From Candidatus Methylomirabilia bacterium (GTDB lineage Bacteria > Methylomirabilota > Methylomirabilia > Rokubacteriales > CSP1-6), in assembly GCA_041492755.1 (NCBI GenBank), contig JBGPXN010000001.1:40710-104709 (forward strand): a DNA stretch of 64,000 bases, read 5' to 3'. The notes under the pieces are model-generated. The model was not told the origin of the DNA, ran no database searches, and was given only the letters and a program-made list of their open reading frames with translations. The translations under genes were made by a program, and so were the position numbers. Shown piece after piece: positions 22,489 to 31,351 of this stretch (within the stretch, counting starts at the first letter, position 1; the number at the start of each line of letters is the position of its first letter).

Positions 22489-23835
22489 TCAGGCATGAAA
22501 CGTTCCTTGTTCGACCATCTGGGTATGCACCGCGCCCCGGCGGAAGCTCGCGTGCGCGAGCACCCGGGCCAGGAACGGCACCGTCGTGCGGACGCCTTCG
22601 ATCACACACGCACCGAGCGCCGCCTGCATCCGCTCGATCGCCTGGGACCGCGTGTCGCCGCGGGCAACCAGCTTGAGCAGCAGTGGATCATAGTGAACGG
22701 AGACGACGCTGCCCGCGACGACACCGGATTCGATCCGGATCCCTTCGCCGCCGGGAAGGTCCAACCGCGTGATCGTGCCCGGTGACGGCAGAAAGTTTTT
22801 CGTCGGGTCTTCCGCGTATACGCGGCACTCGATCGCCGCTCCGTGCTGAACGATCTCCGCCTGGCCCCACGGCAGCGGCTCGCCGGCGGCGACGCGGAGC
22901 TGCGCGACGACGAGGTCGGTGCCGGTGACCTCCTCGGTCACGGGGTGCTCCACCTGCAGCCGTGTGTTCATTTCGAGGAAGTAGAACGCGCCCGCTTCGT
23001 CCACCAGGAACTCCATGGTACCGGCGTTGACGTAGCCGATCGCGCGCGCCCCGCGCACCGCCGCGTCGGCGAGTCCGGCCTTGGTGGCCGAGGACAGCAC
23101 GGGCGCCGGCGACTCCTCGACCAGCTTCTGGTGCCGGCGCTGGATCGAGCACTCGCGCTCGTGCAGGTGCACGACGTTGCCGTGGGCGTCGCCGAACACC
23201 TGCACCTCCACGTGCCGTGGACGGGCCAGATAGCGCTCGACGTAGAGGGCGCCGTTGCCGAACGCAGCTTCCGCGCGGCGGCGAGCCGTCTCGAAGGCTC
23301 GCACCAGCTCGTCCGGGCCCGAGACGCGGGCCATGCCGATACCGCCCCCCCCCGCCGCGGCTTTGAGGAGCACGGGAAAGCCGACCGCCGCCGCCGCCTG
23401 CGCCGCGGCGCCGAGATCCGCCACGGGCCCGGGGCTGCCGCCGAGGACCGGCACGCCAGCCGCCTCCATCACGCGCCGGGCTTCGATCTTGTCGCCCATC
23501 GTGCGAATCGCGTCCGCGGCCGGGCCGATGAAGACCAGTCCGGCCTCGCCGCACGCGGCGGCAAACCGCCAGTTCTCGGAGAGAAAGCCGTAGCCGGGAT
23601 GCACGGCCTCGGCCCCGCGGGCGCGCGCCGCAGCGACGATGCGATCGACCGCGAGGTAGCTTTCGCTGGCGCGCGCCGGACCGATCGCCACGCTCTCGTC
23701 GGCATCCCGGACGTGCGGCGCTGCGGCGTCGGCGTCCGAATACACGGCGACGGTCTTGATCCCGACCGACCGGCACGCGCGCGCGATTCGGCGCGCGATC
23801 TCTCCCCGATTGGCGATCAGGACCTTGCCAAACAT
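22489..23835 (-). CDS. Biotin carboxylase subunit of an acyl-CoA carboxylase
   Basis: KVLIANRGEIA, HPGYGFLSEN, GGGGIGM, ECSIQRRHQK, EMNTRLQVEHPVTE. Confidence 0.95.
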   Translation of the reverse strand: MFGKVLIANRGEIARRIARACRSVGIKTVAVYSDADAAAPHVRDADESVAIGPARASESYLAVDRIVAAARARGAEAVHPGYGFLSENWRFAAACGEAGLVFIGPAADAIRTMGDKIEARRVMEAAGVPVLGGSPGPVADLGAAAQAAAAVGFPVLLKAAAGGGGIGMARVSGPDELVRAFETARRRAEAAFGNGALYVERYLARPRHVEVQVFGDAHGNVVHLHERECSIQRRHQKLVEESPAPVLSSATKAGLADAAVRGARAIGYVNAGTMEFLVDEAGAFYFLEMNTRLQVEHPVTEEVTGTDLVVAQLRVAAGEPLPWGQAEIVQHGAAIECRVYAEDPTKNFLPSPGTITRLDLPGGEGIRIESGVVAGSVVSVHYDPLLLKLVARGDTRSQAIERMQAALGACVIEGVRTTVPFLARVLAHASFRRGAVHTQMVEQGTFHA

Positions 23836-23853
23836 GGCGTCCCCGAACGGATT

Positions 23854-24816
23854 CTAGCCGAGCGGCTCGGTGGCCACGCGGTCGGCGCGCGTCACCTGCC
23901 AGTCGTCGCCCGTGCGGCGCCACTCGAGCTGCAGGGTCGCCAGCTCGCGCGCCCCGTGGACCCGGAGCTTCACGAGGCGGCAGCCGGGACCGATCTTGGC
24001 CTGGGCGACGATGGCCACGTCGCGAACGGGCCGCAGCGTCGCGCACTCGGCCACGAGGAGGAAGCGGACCGCCGGCGCGATGAACGGCTCGGCGTTGGCC
24101 CACTCCCCGCTTCTCACGGCCTGGCGCACCACCTCCACACCGGGCACGACCTCCGGACTCAGGACCGCCGGGTCGAAGGTCGAGTCGAGCGCGACCACGT
24201 CTCGCGCTCCGCCCGGGTGGAACGCGACGGCAGCGAACGCCACCTCGCCGTCTCCCACCACACCGCCGGCAGCAGTCAGCGCCTCGCGCAGCCTGGCCTC
24301 CCACTCGGTGGCACGCCTCCGCTCCCCCTCGCTCGCGAGCAGCCGTTCGAGCACGATGGCCCCGGCCGCGACGTGACGGCGCTCTTCCTCCACGCAACGG
24401 TCCAGGATGCGGCGGGTCGGCGGCTCGTAGATCGGGTTGGCGATGGCGAGGTGGCGCTCGTACACGGCGATCAGATGCGGCTTGGCGACGCGATAGAGGC
24501 CGACCACGCGCTCGATCGATTCGCGCCGCGTCTCGCGACTTTCCGCGAGATCGAAGAAACGCGCCACGCCGTCGTTGGCCGGCTCGGATTGCTGGGCGGG
24601 CGCGCGCAGCTCGGGCAACCGCCGGCCCCACAGATCGGCGTGCTGCGCGCAATCCCAGACGTGCCGGCCGAAGAGCAGCTTCACGGGTAGCTCCGGCGTG
24701 AGCGCGATGGCGCCCGCCATGATCCGCATGAGGCGCTCCTCGGCATAACGGTAATGGCGCACGCGCTTGGCCGAGGCTTCGACCGAGAAGTGGCCGGCGA
24801 GCGGATGAGCGGTCAT
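23854..24816 (-). CDS. Ferritin-like four-helix protein with extra C-terminal domain
   Basis: YAEERL...HVWDCAQHAD...EEERRH: partial diiron-type ligand pattern. Confidence 0.6.
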   Translation of the reverse strand: MTAHPLAGHFSVEASAKRVRHYRYAEERLMRIMAGAIALTPELPVKLLFGRHVWDCAQHADLWGRRLPELRAPAQQSEPANDGVARFFDLAESRETRRESIERVVGLYRVAKPHLIAVYERHLAIANPIYEPPTRRILDRCVEEERRHVAAGAIVLERLLASEGERRRATEWEARLREALTAAGGVVGDGEVAFAAVAFHPGGARDVVALDSTFDPAVLSPEVVPGVEVVRQAVRSGEWANAEPFIAPAVRFLLVAECATLRPVRDVAIVAQAKIGPGCRLVKLRVHGARELATLQLEWRRTGDDWQVTRADRVATEPLG

Positions 24817-24837
24817 GCGCGGGCCGCCGCGCGCGAG

Positions 24838-25016
24838 ATCAGAGCCCGCGAACGAATCGCGGCATCAAGGAACGCCCGGGCTTTGCCGGGGCGTTTCCGA
24901 GCGCGAGGCGTAGGTTGGGCGTCACGTCGGGGCGTCGAGGGCCGTCCGTCGAGGGCCGTCCCGGGTTTCCCGGGACGGCTCCGAGCGCAGGGGGGGGCCA
25001 TGTCGGGGCCCCCCAC
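24838..25016. repeat. REP-like intergenic repeat, copy 2
   Basis: tcagagcccgcgaa...atcaaggaacgcccgggctttgccggggcgt...gggggccatgtcggggcccccca. Confidence 0.8.
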
Positions 25017-25781
25017 TCAGTACACGGGAGATCGCTGGGTGGTGCGGACGAGCCGCTCGATCTCCTCGTCGGTGAAGCCGGCGAGGCGACGGACGTCCCG
25101 CGCGATCGAGATACTGACTTCCTCGTGCTCGCCGTCCTGGCGGACGCCGCCGAGGTTGAAGCGCTCGTCGATGGTCTCCTGGAACTCGATGGCGCGCCGG
25201 CGGCGGTCCGGGTCGCCCCTGGTCAGCTCGTTGAGCCACCTGGAGCCCATGCGCACGTGGGTGATCTCGTCGGCCAGCACGAAGTCCACCGAGCGCTCGA
25301 TGATCGGATCGCCGATCTTCGCCGCGATGTGCACGAGCTGGTTGAAGACGTCGCAGGCCAGCCCTTCCAGTCCGCGGTTGACTCCGGCCACGCGCGCCGC
25401 CGCGTCTTCCGCGCACGCGCACCGCCAGAGGATCGTCGTCTCCGCGAACTCGCCGACGTAGCCACCCAGGTGATCGAGCAGCCCGAGGAAGATCTCGACG
25501 TGGCGCGACTCGTCCCAGACCTGTCGCGCCATGTCCAGCGTGAACTCCCAGGGCGCGTCCGGGAAGTCGTAGACGGTGCGGCCGGCCCCCTCCATCGCCT
25601 GCAGCTCGCCGACGAGGATGCCGTGCACGCGCTCGCGCATGGATTCGCGGGAGGACAGGGTGGGAAACACCGACAGCCCCTGCTCGACCCGGCGCTCGGC
25701 GATGTCGCGCGCGCGCATCCGGACGAACCGCTCCTCGCGCGCCAGCTTGTCGTAGGCGATCGGCCTGTCCACGGGCTCCAT
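25017..25781 (-). CDS. Ferritin-like diiron protein (DUF455-like)
   Basis: GELQAME...WDESRH...GLEGLACD...ADEITHVRMG: full E/ExxH/E/ExxH set. Confidence 0.8.
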   Translation of the reverse strand: MEPVDRPIAYDKLAREERFVRMRARDIAERRVEQGLSVFPTLSSRESMRERVHGILVGELQAMEGAGRTVYDFPDAPWEFTLDMARQVWDESRHVEIFLGLLDHLGGYVGEFAETTILWRCACAEDAAARVAGVNRGLEGLACDVFNQLVHIAAKIGDPIIERSVDFVLADEITHVRMGSRWLNELTRGDPDRRRRAIEFQETIDERFNLGGVRQDGEHEEVSISIARDVRRLAGFTDEEIERLVRTTQRSPVY

Positions 25782-25790
25782 TATAGGGCC

Positions 25791-26672
25791 TTACACGCGC
25801 TCCTTGAATTCCTTGCCGAGCAGTCCCTCCGGACGCACGAGGAGCACCACGATGATGATGGCGAACGCGAGCGTGTTCTTGAACTGGATGGTCAGGTAGG
25901 CGCCGGCCAGGCTCTCGGCCACGCCCAGGAGCAGGCCGCCGACGATGGCGCCCGGCAGACTGTTGAGCCCTCCGAGGACCGCGGCGGCGAAGCCCTTGAG
26001 GAACGGATCGAGCATGAAGAACGGGTCCAGCAGCAGCGCGGGGGCGAGAAAGATCCCGGCCACCACGCCGAGGGCCGAGGCGACCCCCCAGGACACGCCG
26101 AGCACGAGCCGGGTCGGGATCCCGAGCGTCTGGGCCGCCATCACGTTCTCCGAGGTCGCCCGCATGGCGAGCCCGAGCCGCGTGCGCTGCACGAGCAGGT
26201 AGAGCAGCGCGCTGGCCACGAGCCCGGCCGCCATCGTGGCCAGCGAGAGCTGGCTCACCACCACGGCCCCCACCCGGTACGTCTTCACGTCCGAGATCGG
26301 AAACGGCAGCGCGACCGGCTCCGCGCCCCACACGTAGACGACCACGCCCTGGATGATCAGCGCGAGCCCGAGGGTGAGGATCACCATGCTGAGCAGGTTG
26401 GCGCCCTCGCGCTGGGCGCGCACCAGGACGCCGAAGTAGAACGCGATCCCGACGGCGGCCCCGGTTCCGAGACTCAGCAGGAGCGCCACCGGGAAGGAGT
26501 AGCCGCGCGAGAGCAGCGAGAACGCCACGAACGTCGCCAGGGTCGCGATGTCACCGTGCGCGAAGTTGAGCACCCGCGTCGACCGGTAGATCAACACGAT
26601 CCCGAGCGCCACCAGCGCGTAGAGGCTCCCCGCCGACAACCCGGTCAGCGCGTATTGCAGGCCCCTGGCCAT
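25791..26672 (-). CDS. Branched-chain amino acid-type ABC transporter permease (LivH-like)
   Basis: YALVALGIVLIY...VLNFAHG, GLAMRATSEN, KGFAAAVLGG, RPEGLLG. Confidence 0.93.
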   Translation of the reverse strand: MARGLQYALTGLSAGSLYALVALGIVLIYRSTRVLNFAHGDIATLATFVAFSLLSRGYSFPVALLLSLGTGAAVGIAFYFGVLVRAQREGANLLSMVILTLGLALIIQGVVVYVWGAEPVALPFPISDVKTYRVGAVVVSQLSLATMAAGLVASALLYLLVQRTRLGLAMRATSENVMAAQTLGIPTRLVLGVSWGVASALGVVAGIFLAPALLLDPFFMLDPFLKGFAAAVLGGLNSLPGAIVGGLLLGVAESLAGAYLTIQFKNTLAFAIIIVVLLVRPEGLLGKEFKERV

Positions 26673-26694
26673 CAGCAGATCTCGCCCTCGCCGC

Positions 26695-27675
26695 TCATCG
26701 GAACGGCCAGAGCTGGAAGTAGAGCCGGGTCTTCAACCAGAGGCCGAACAAGCCGAGCTGCTGGAACACGAGCACGAGCAGGATGGCGACGCCGAAGATC
26801 ACCGGAACCAGCTCACGGAAGCCCGACAGCACCTTCGGGACGAGGATGACGAAGGCCGCGCCGAGGATGGAGCCTTCGATGGAGGCCAGGCCGCCGATGA
26901 TCACGGCCACGAAGATGGTGATCGACTCCAGCACGTTGAAGATCTGCGGCTCGATGTGGCCGAGGACCTGCGCGTAGAGCGCGCCGTGCACGCCGGTGTA
27001 GAACGACGACAGCGCGAAGGCGAGCAGCTTGTAGCGCGTGAGGTTGATGCCGTTGACCTCGGCCGCGATGTCGGAGTCGCGGATGGCGATGAAGGCGCGC
27101 CCGACGTAGGACGAGATGAGGTTGTAGGTGACGAGCGTGAAGACCATCAGGAGCAGGAGGTAGACGTAATACTCCCACTGGCTGCGGGACAGCCCGAACA
27201 GCGGCGTGAGCTTGGAGACGGCCAGCCCGGAGCGGCCGCCCGACAGCACCTCCCAGTTGACGAAGACCTGGTAGACGGCGACGCCGAAGCCGAGCGTCGC
27301 GATCGACAGGTACGGGCCCTTGAGCCTCAGCGACGGGAACCCCACGAGAATGCCGGCGACGGCCGCCAGCAGGCCGGCGCCCACGAGGGCGACCAGGAAC
27401 GGGGCGCCCCAGATGCGCAAGTGGCCGAAGCCGAAGGCACCGATGGCCAGGAAGCCGGCCTGGCCGAATGAGATCTGCCCGGTGTAGCCGATCAGGAGGT
27501 TCTGGCCCATCACGCCGATCGCGGTGAGCGCGACGAGCGTGGCGGAGAAAACAGCGCCCTCGGGCGCGAGCCACGGGAAGACGGCGAGCGCGGCCAGGAG
27601 CCCGCCGAGCAGGACCTGCGTGACGCGCTTGCGCGCGAACTTCAGATCCTCGGCGTAAGACTCGACCAGATCCAT
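26695..27675 (-). CDS. Branched-chain amino acid-type ABC transporter permease (LivM-like)
   Basis: GYTGQISFGQAGF, LRLKGPYLSIATLGF, GRAFIAIRDS. Confidence 0.93.
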   Translation of the reverse strand: MDLVESYAEDLKFARKRVTQVLLGGLLAALAVFPWLAPEGAVFSATLVALTAIGVMGQNLLIGYTGQISFGQAGFLAIGAFGFGHLRIWGAPFLVALVGAGLLAAVAGILVGFPSLRLKGPYLSIATLGFGVAVYQVFVNWEVLSGGRSGLAVSKLTPLFGLSRSQWEYYVYLLLLMVFTLVTYNLISSYVGRAFIAIRDSDIAAEVNGINLTRYKLLAFALSSFYTGVHGALYAQVLGHIEPQIFNVLESITIFVAVIIGGLASIEGSILGAAFVILVPKVLSGFRELVPVIFGVAILLVLVFQQLGLFGLWLKTRLYFQLWPFR

Positions 27676-27714
27676 CGGTCAGACGAAATCCATTGGTCGG
27701 TCGACGAGATCCAT

Positions 27715-29532
27715 CTAGTCGCGGTAGAGGCCCCGGACCAGGTCGGCGTAGCGGGTCTCGATCGCCCGGCGCTTCACCTTCTTGGTCGGGGTCACGTCGC
27801 CCTCCTCCTCGTAGAAGCGGCGCGGCAAGAGCGCGATCTTCTTGATCGACTCGACTTGGGACAGCGTGCGGTTGACCTTGTCGACCTCGGCCTGGATGAG
27901 CCGGACGACGTCGGGGCTCTGCGTGAGGTCCTGGAAGGTGGTGAACGGGATGCGGTGGTCCTGCGCAAACTTGGTGACGTTGTCCTCGTCGATGAGGATC
28001 AGGGCGACCAGGTACTTCCGCCGGTCGCCGACGACGACCGCGTCCTGCACGTACGAGCTGAACTTCAGCTTGTTCTCGATGTAGGCCGGCGTGATGTTCT
28101 TGCCGCCCGCCGTGATGATGATGTCCTTCTTGCGGTCGAGGATCCTGAGATAACCGTCGTCCCAGGCGCCCACGTCGCCCGTGTGCAGCCAGCCCTCGGC
28201 GTCGACCGTCTCCGCCGTGAGCGCCGGGTCCTTGAAGTATCCCTTGAAGACGTGCGGGCCGCGCGTGAGGATCTCGCCGTCGTCGCTGATCCGCACCTCG
28301 ACGCCCGGGACGGGCTGTCCCACCGTCCCCGCCCGGGGCTGCTCCACACGGTTCAGGGAGATCACGCCGGTCGACTCCGTCATGCCGTACCCCTCGACGA
28401 GCGGGATGCCGAGGGCGTGGTAGAACTCGAACAGCTCGGGCGAGGCCGGCGCGGCGCCACAGACCGCCACCCGGATGCGGTCGAAGCCGAGCCGCCGCTT
28501 GAGCGGGGCCAGCGCGGCCCAGTAGCAGAGCCGGTAGAGGAGCCGCAGCCCGGGCGACGGCCCCGGCGTCGCGTACTTCACGCGCGCGTACCTCCGCCCC
28601 ACCCGCACCGCCGTCCGGTAGAGCGCGCGCTTGAGGCGCGTGGAGTCCGCCATGCGGAGCTCGACGGTGGAGGCCAGCTTCTCCCAGATCCGCGGCACGC
28701 TGCCGAAGTAGGTCGGCGACACCTCGCGCAGGTTCTGCGAGAGCGTGTCGAGGCTCTCCACGAAGTTCACGACGTACCCGGCGCCGATCGCCCCGAACAC
28801 GCTGATGAGATTCTCGTAGACGTGGGCGAAGGGCAGATAGGACACGACCTCGTCGGCGCCCGACTGGGAGTTCACGCTGAGGACGGCGGCGGTGCTCCAG
28901 ATGATGTTGTGGTGGGAGAGCATGGCGCCCTTGGGTGGTCCGGTGGTGCCCGAAGTGTAGATGATCATCGCGGTATCGTCGGGCTGGATGGCGTCCCGGC
29001 GGTTGGCCACGGCGGCCGGATGAGCCTGGGCGTGGAGCATCCCCTGCTTGACGAAGTCGTCGAAGAACTGCACGCGCTCGTCGGTGAAGCCCCACAGCCC
29101 CTTGGCGTCCCAGACGACGACGCGCTCGAGCCGCGTGGCGGGGGCGACGGCCAGAACCTTGTCGAGCTGCTCGTCGTTCTCCACGAAGATCAGCCGCGCC
29201 TCGGAGTGGTTCAGCAAGTACTGGATCTGCTCGGGCGCCGAGGTGGGATAGATGCCGCAGGTGGCGCCGGCGGCGGTCTGGATCCCGAGGTGGCAGTAGA
29301 GCCACTCGGGCCGGTTGTCGGCGAGGACCGCGACGTTCTCTCCGGGCCGCAGGCCGAAGGCGAGGAGGCCCGCGGCCACGCCGGCCACGCGCTCGCCGTA
29401 TTCCCGCCAGGTCACCCGGTGCCAGATCCCGTATTCCTTGAACCGGATGGCGAGCCGGTCCCCCTGGACTTCCACCTGGCGCGCGAACAGCTCGGGCAGC
29501 GTGCGTCCCGTCACCGTGACTTGCATCACCAT
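27715..29532 (-). CDS. Long-chain acyl-CoA synthetase (AMP-binding)
   Basis: YTSGTTGPPKG, YLPFAH, EGYGMTE, GWLHTGDVG, DRKKDIIITAGGKNI. Confidence 0.93.
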   Translation of the reverse strand: MVMQVTVTGRTLPELFARQVEVQGDRLAIRFKEYGIWHRVTWREYGERVAGVAAGLLAFGLRPGENVAVLADNRPEWLYCHLGIQTAAGATCGIYPTSAPEQIQYLLNHSEARLIFVENDEQLDKVLAVAPATRLERVVVWDAKGLWGFTDERVQFFDDFVKQGMLHAQAHPAAVANRRDAIQPDDTAMIIYTSGTTGPPKGAMLSHHNIIWSTAAVLSVNSQSGADEVVSYLPFAHVYENLISVFGAIGAGYVVNFVESLDTLSQNLREVSPTYFGSVPRIWEKLASTVELRMADSTRLKRALYRTAVRVGRRYARVKYATPGPSPGLRLLYRLCYWAALAPLKRRLGFDRIRVAVCGAAPASPELFEFYHALGIPLVEGYGMTESTGVISLNRVEQPRAGTVGQPVPGVEVRISDDGEILTRGPHVFKGYFKDPALTAETVDAEGWLHTGDVGAWDDGYLRILDRKKDIIITAGGKNITPAYIENKLKFSSYVQDAVVVGDRRKYLVALILIDEDNVTKFAQDHRIPFTTFQDLTQSPDVVRLIQAEVDKVNRTLSQVESIKKIALLPRRFYEEEGDVTPTKKVKRRAIETRYADLVRGLYRD

Positions 29533-30305
29533 CGTCTCCTCTTCCGGTAGAGTCGCCAGCCCCGCGTGGCGGTCTCCGTCGTCGTGCCCACGCCCAGGTA
29601 GACCTCCTGGACGTCCGCGTTCTGCGTCAGTGCTTCGGCGGTGTCTTCCAGGACGACCCGCCCGGCTTCCAGGATCGCGCCGCGGGCGGCGACCCCGAGC
29701 GCGAGCCGCGCGTTCTGCTCCACGAGCAGGATCGTCGTTCCCGTCCGGCTGATGGCGCCGAGCGCTTCGTAGACGCCGCGCGCGATGCGGGGGGCCAGTC
29801 CGAGCGACGGCTCGTCCAGCATCAGCAACCGCGGGCGGCGCAGCATCGCGCGGCCGAGCGCGAGCATCTGCTGCTCGCCCCCGGACAGCGTCTCTGCCTC
29901 CTGCCGCGCGCGCTCCTTGAGGATCGGGAACATGCCGTGCACGACGTCGAGGTCCTTGCTGACGTCGGCGTCCCGGCGTCCCCACAGACCGAGCTCGAGG
30001 TTCTCGGCAACCGTGAGCTCTTTGAAGAGGCCGCGGTCCTCGGGCACGTAGACGATACCGAGCCGGGCCACCGCCTCCGGAGCCCAGCCGTCGATCCGTC
30101 GGCCGTCGAAGCGGATCTCGCCCTTCTTGGGCTGGTCCTTGAGGAGCCCGGCGATCGTGCGCAGCAGCGTGGTCTTCCCCGCCCCGTTCGGTCCGAGCAC
30201 GGTGAAGATCTCGCCCGGCTCGACGGACAGCGACACCCCGAACAGCGCGTAGATCCGGTCGAAGTAGAGCGTCTCGATGCTGGAGACCTGGAGCAGTGGG
30301 GCCAT
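29526..30305 (-). CDS. ABC transporter ATP-binding protein (LivF-like)
   Basis: GPNGAGKT, LSGGEQQML, LDEPSLGLAP, LVEQN. Confidence 0.94.
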   Translation of the reverse strand: MAPLLQVSSIETLYFDRIYALFGVSLSVEPGEIFTVLGPNGAGKTTLLRTIAGLLKDQPKKGEIRFDGRRIDGWAPEAVARLGIVYVPEDRGLFKELTVAENLELGLWGRRDADVSKDLDVVHGMFPILKERARQEAETLSGGEQQMLALGRAMLRRPRLLMLDEPSLGLAPRIARGVYEALGAISRTGTTILLVEQNARLALGVAARGAILEAGRVVLEDTAEALTQNADVQEVYLGVGTTTETATRGWRLYRKRRRW

Positions 30306-30341
30306 CAGCGCGTCACGCGGACCGTCGGGGCCATCGGCGCC

Positions 30342-31094
30342 TCATTCCCCCACGTACGCCTTCACGACGTCCGGGTGGCGCTGGACCTCGGCCGGCGTCC
30401 CCTCCGCGATCTTCACGCCGTGATCGAGCGCAACCATGCGACCGGCCAGCCGCGAGGCCACGCGCAGGTCGTGCTCCACGAGGAGGATCGTGATGCCGAA
30501 CCGGCCGCGGATCTCGTGGATCCAGTACGCGAACTCTTCCTTCTCCTCCTGGGTCAGCCCGGACACCGGCTCGTCGAGCAGCAGCAGCCGCGGCTCGGTG
30601 GCCAGGGCACGGCCCAGCTCCACGCGCTTCTGCACGCCGTACGAACAGTCGGCCGCCCGCGCCCTTCGCACCGGCTCGAGGTTGAGGAACTCGATGAGCT
30701 CCTCGCAGCGACGTCGATGCCGGATCTCCTCGCCCCGCCGCCGCAGGACCGCGGCCAGCAGGCTCTTCTTGAAGTGCAGGTGACGGCCGACCAACAGGTT
30801 GTCGAGCACGGTCATATTGTGGAAGAGGCGCAGATTCTGGAACGTGCGGGCGATCCCGAGCCGGGTGATGTGGTCCGGGGACCGGCCGAGCACCACCTCC
30901 CCACGAAAGGTGATGGTTCCCCCCGTGGGCCGATAGATCCCGGTGATGCAGTTGAAGAGCGACGTCTTGCCGGAGCCGTTGGGCCCGATGACGGCGAGGG
31001 TCTCCCCGTCCGCCACCGTCACGCTCACGTCCTGGAGCGCGGTGATGCCGCCGAAGCGCAGGGCGACGTCCTTGACGCTCAGCAGGTCTCCCAT
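30342..31094 (-). CDS. ABC transporter ATP-binding protein (LivG-like)
   Basis: GPNGSGKT, RTFQNLRLF, SYGVQKRVELGRAL, LVEHD. Confidence 0.94.
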   Translation of the reverse strand: MGDLLSVKDVALRFGGITALQDVSVTVADGETLAVIGPNGSGKTSLFNCITGIYRPTGGTITFRGEVVLGRSPDHITRLGIARTFQNLRLFHNMTVLDNLLVGRHLHFKKSLLAAVLRRRGEEIRHRRRCEELIEFLNLEPVRRARAADCSYGVQKRVELGRALATEPRLLLLDEPVSGLTQEEKEEFAYWIHEIRGRFGITILLVEHDLRVASRLAGRMVALDHGVKIAEGTPAEVQRHPDVVKAYVGE

Positions 31095-31162
31095 TCAGTA
31101 CGCAGTTCCCGGACCCCGGGGCAGGTTCGGCCCACCCCGGCGCCCGCGTCGCGGACGCAGGC

Positions 31163-31347
31163 TCAGAGCCCGCGAATCAAGGAGCGCCCCGGCTTCGCCG
31201 GGACGCTGCCAAGCGTATCGGGGTCGAGGAGCGCCCCGGCTTCGCCGGGACGCTGCCGAGCGCGTCGGGGTCGAGGAGCGCCCCGGCTTCGCCGGGGCGC
31301 TGCCGAGCGTATGGGGGGTATGGGGGGCCATGTCGGGGCCCCCCCAT
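31163..31347. repeat. REP-like repeat, copy 3, with three tandem 47-nt hairpin units
   Basis: ggagcgccccggcttcgccggg(a/g)cgctgcc at 31181, 31228 and 31275 (period 47), then ggggggccatgtcggggcccccca. Confidence 0.9.
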
Positions 31348-31351
31348 CCAA

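Noticed and set aside
31181..31321. 47-nt periodic palindromic array as a mini-CRISPR
   Set aside because: Linkers are about 17 nt and nearly identical rather than unique spacers, no cas genes are present, and the unit occurs singly elsewhere.
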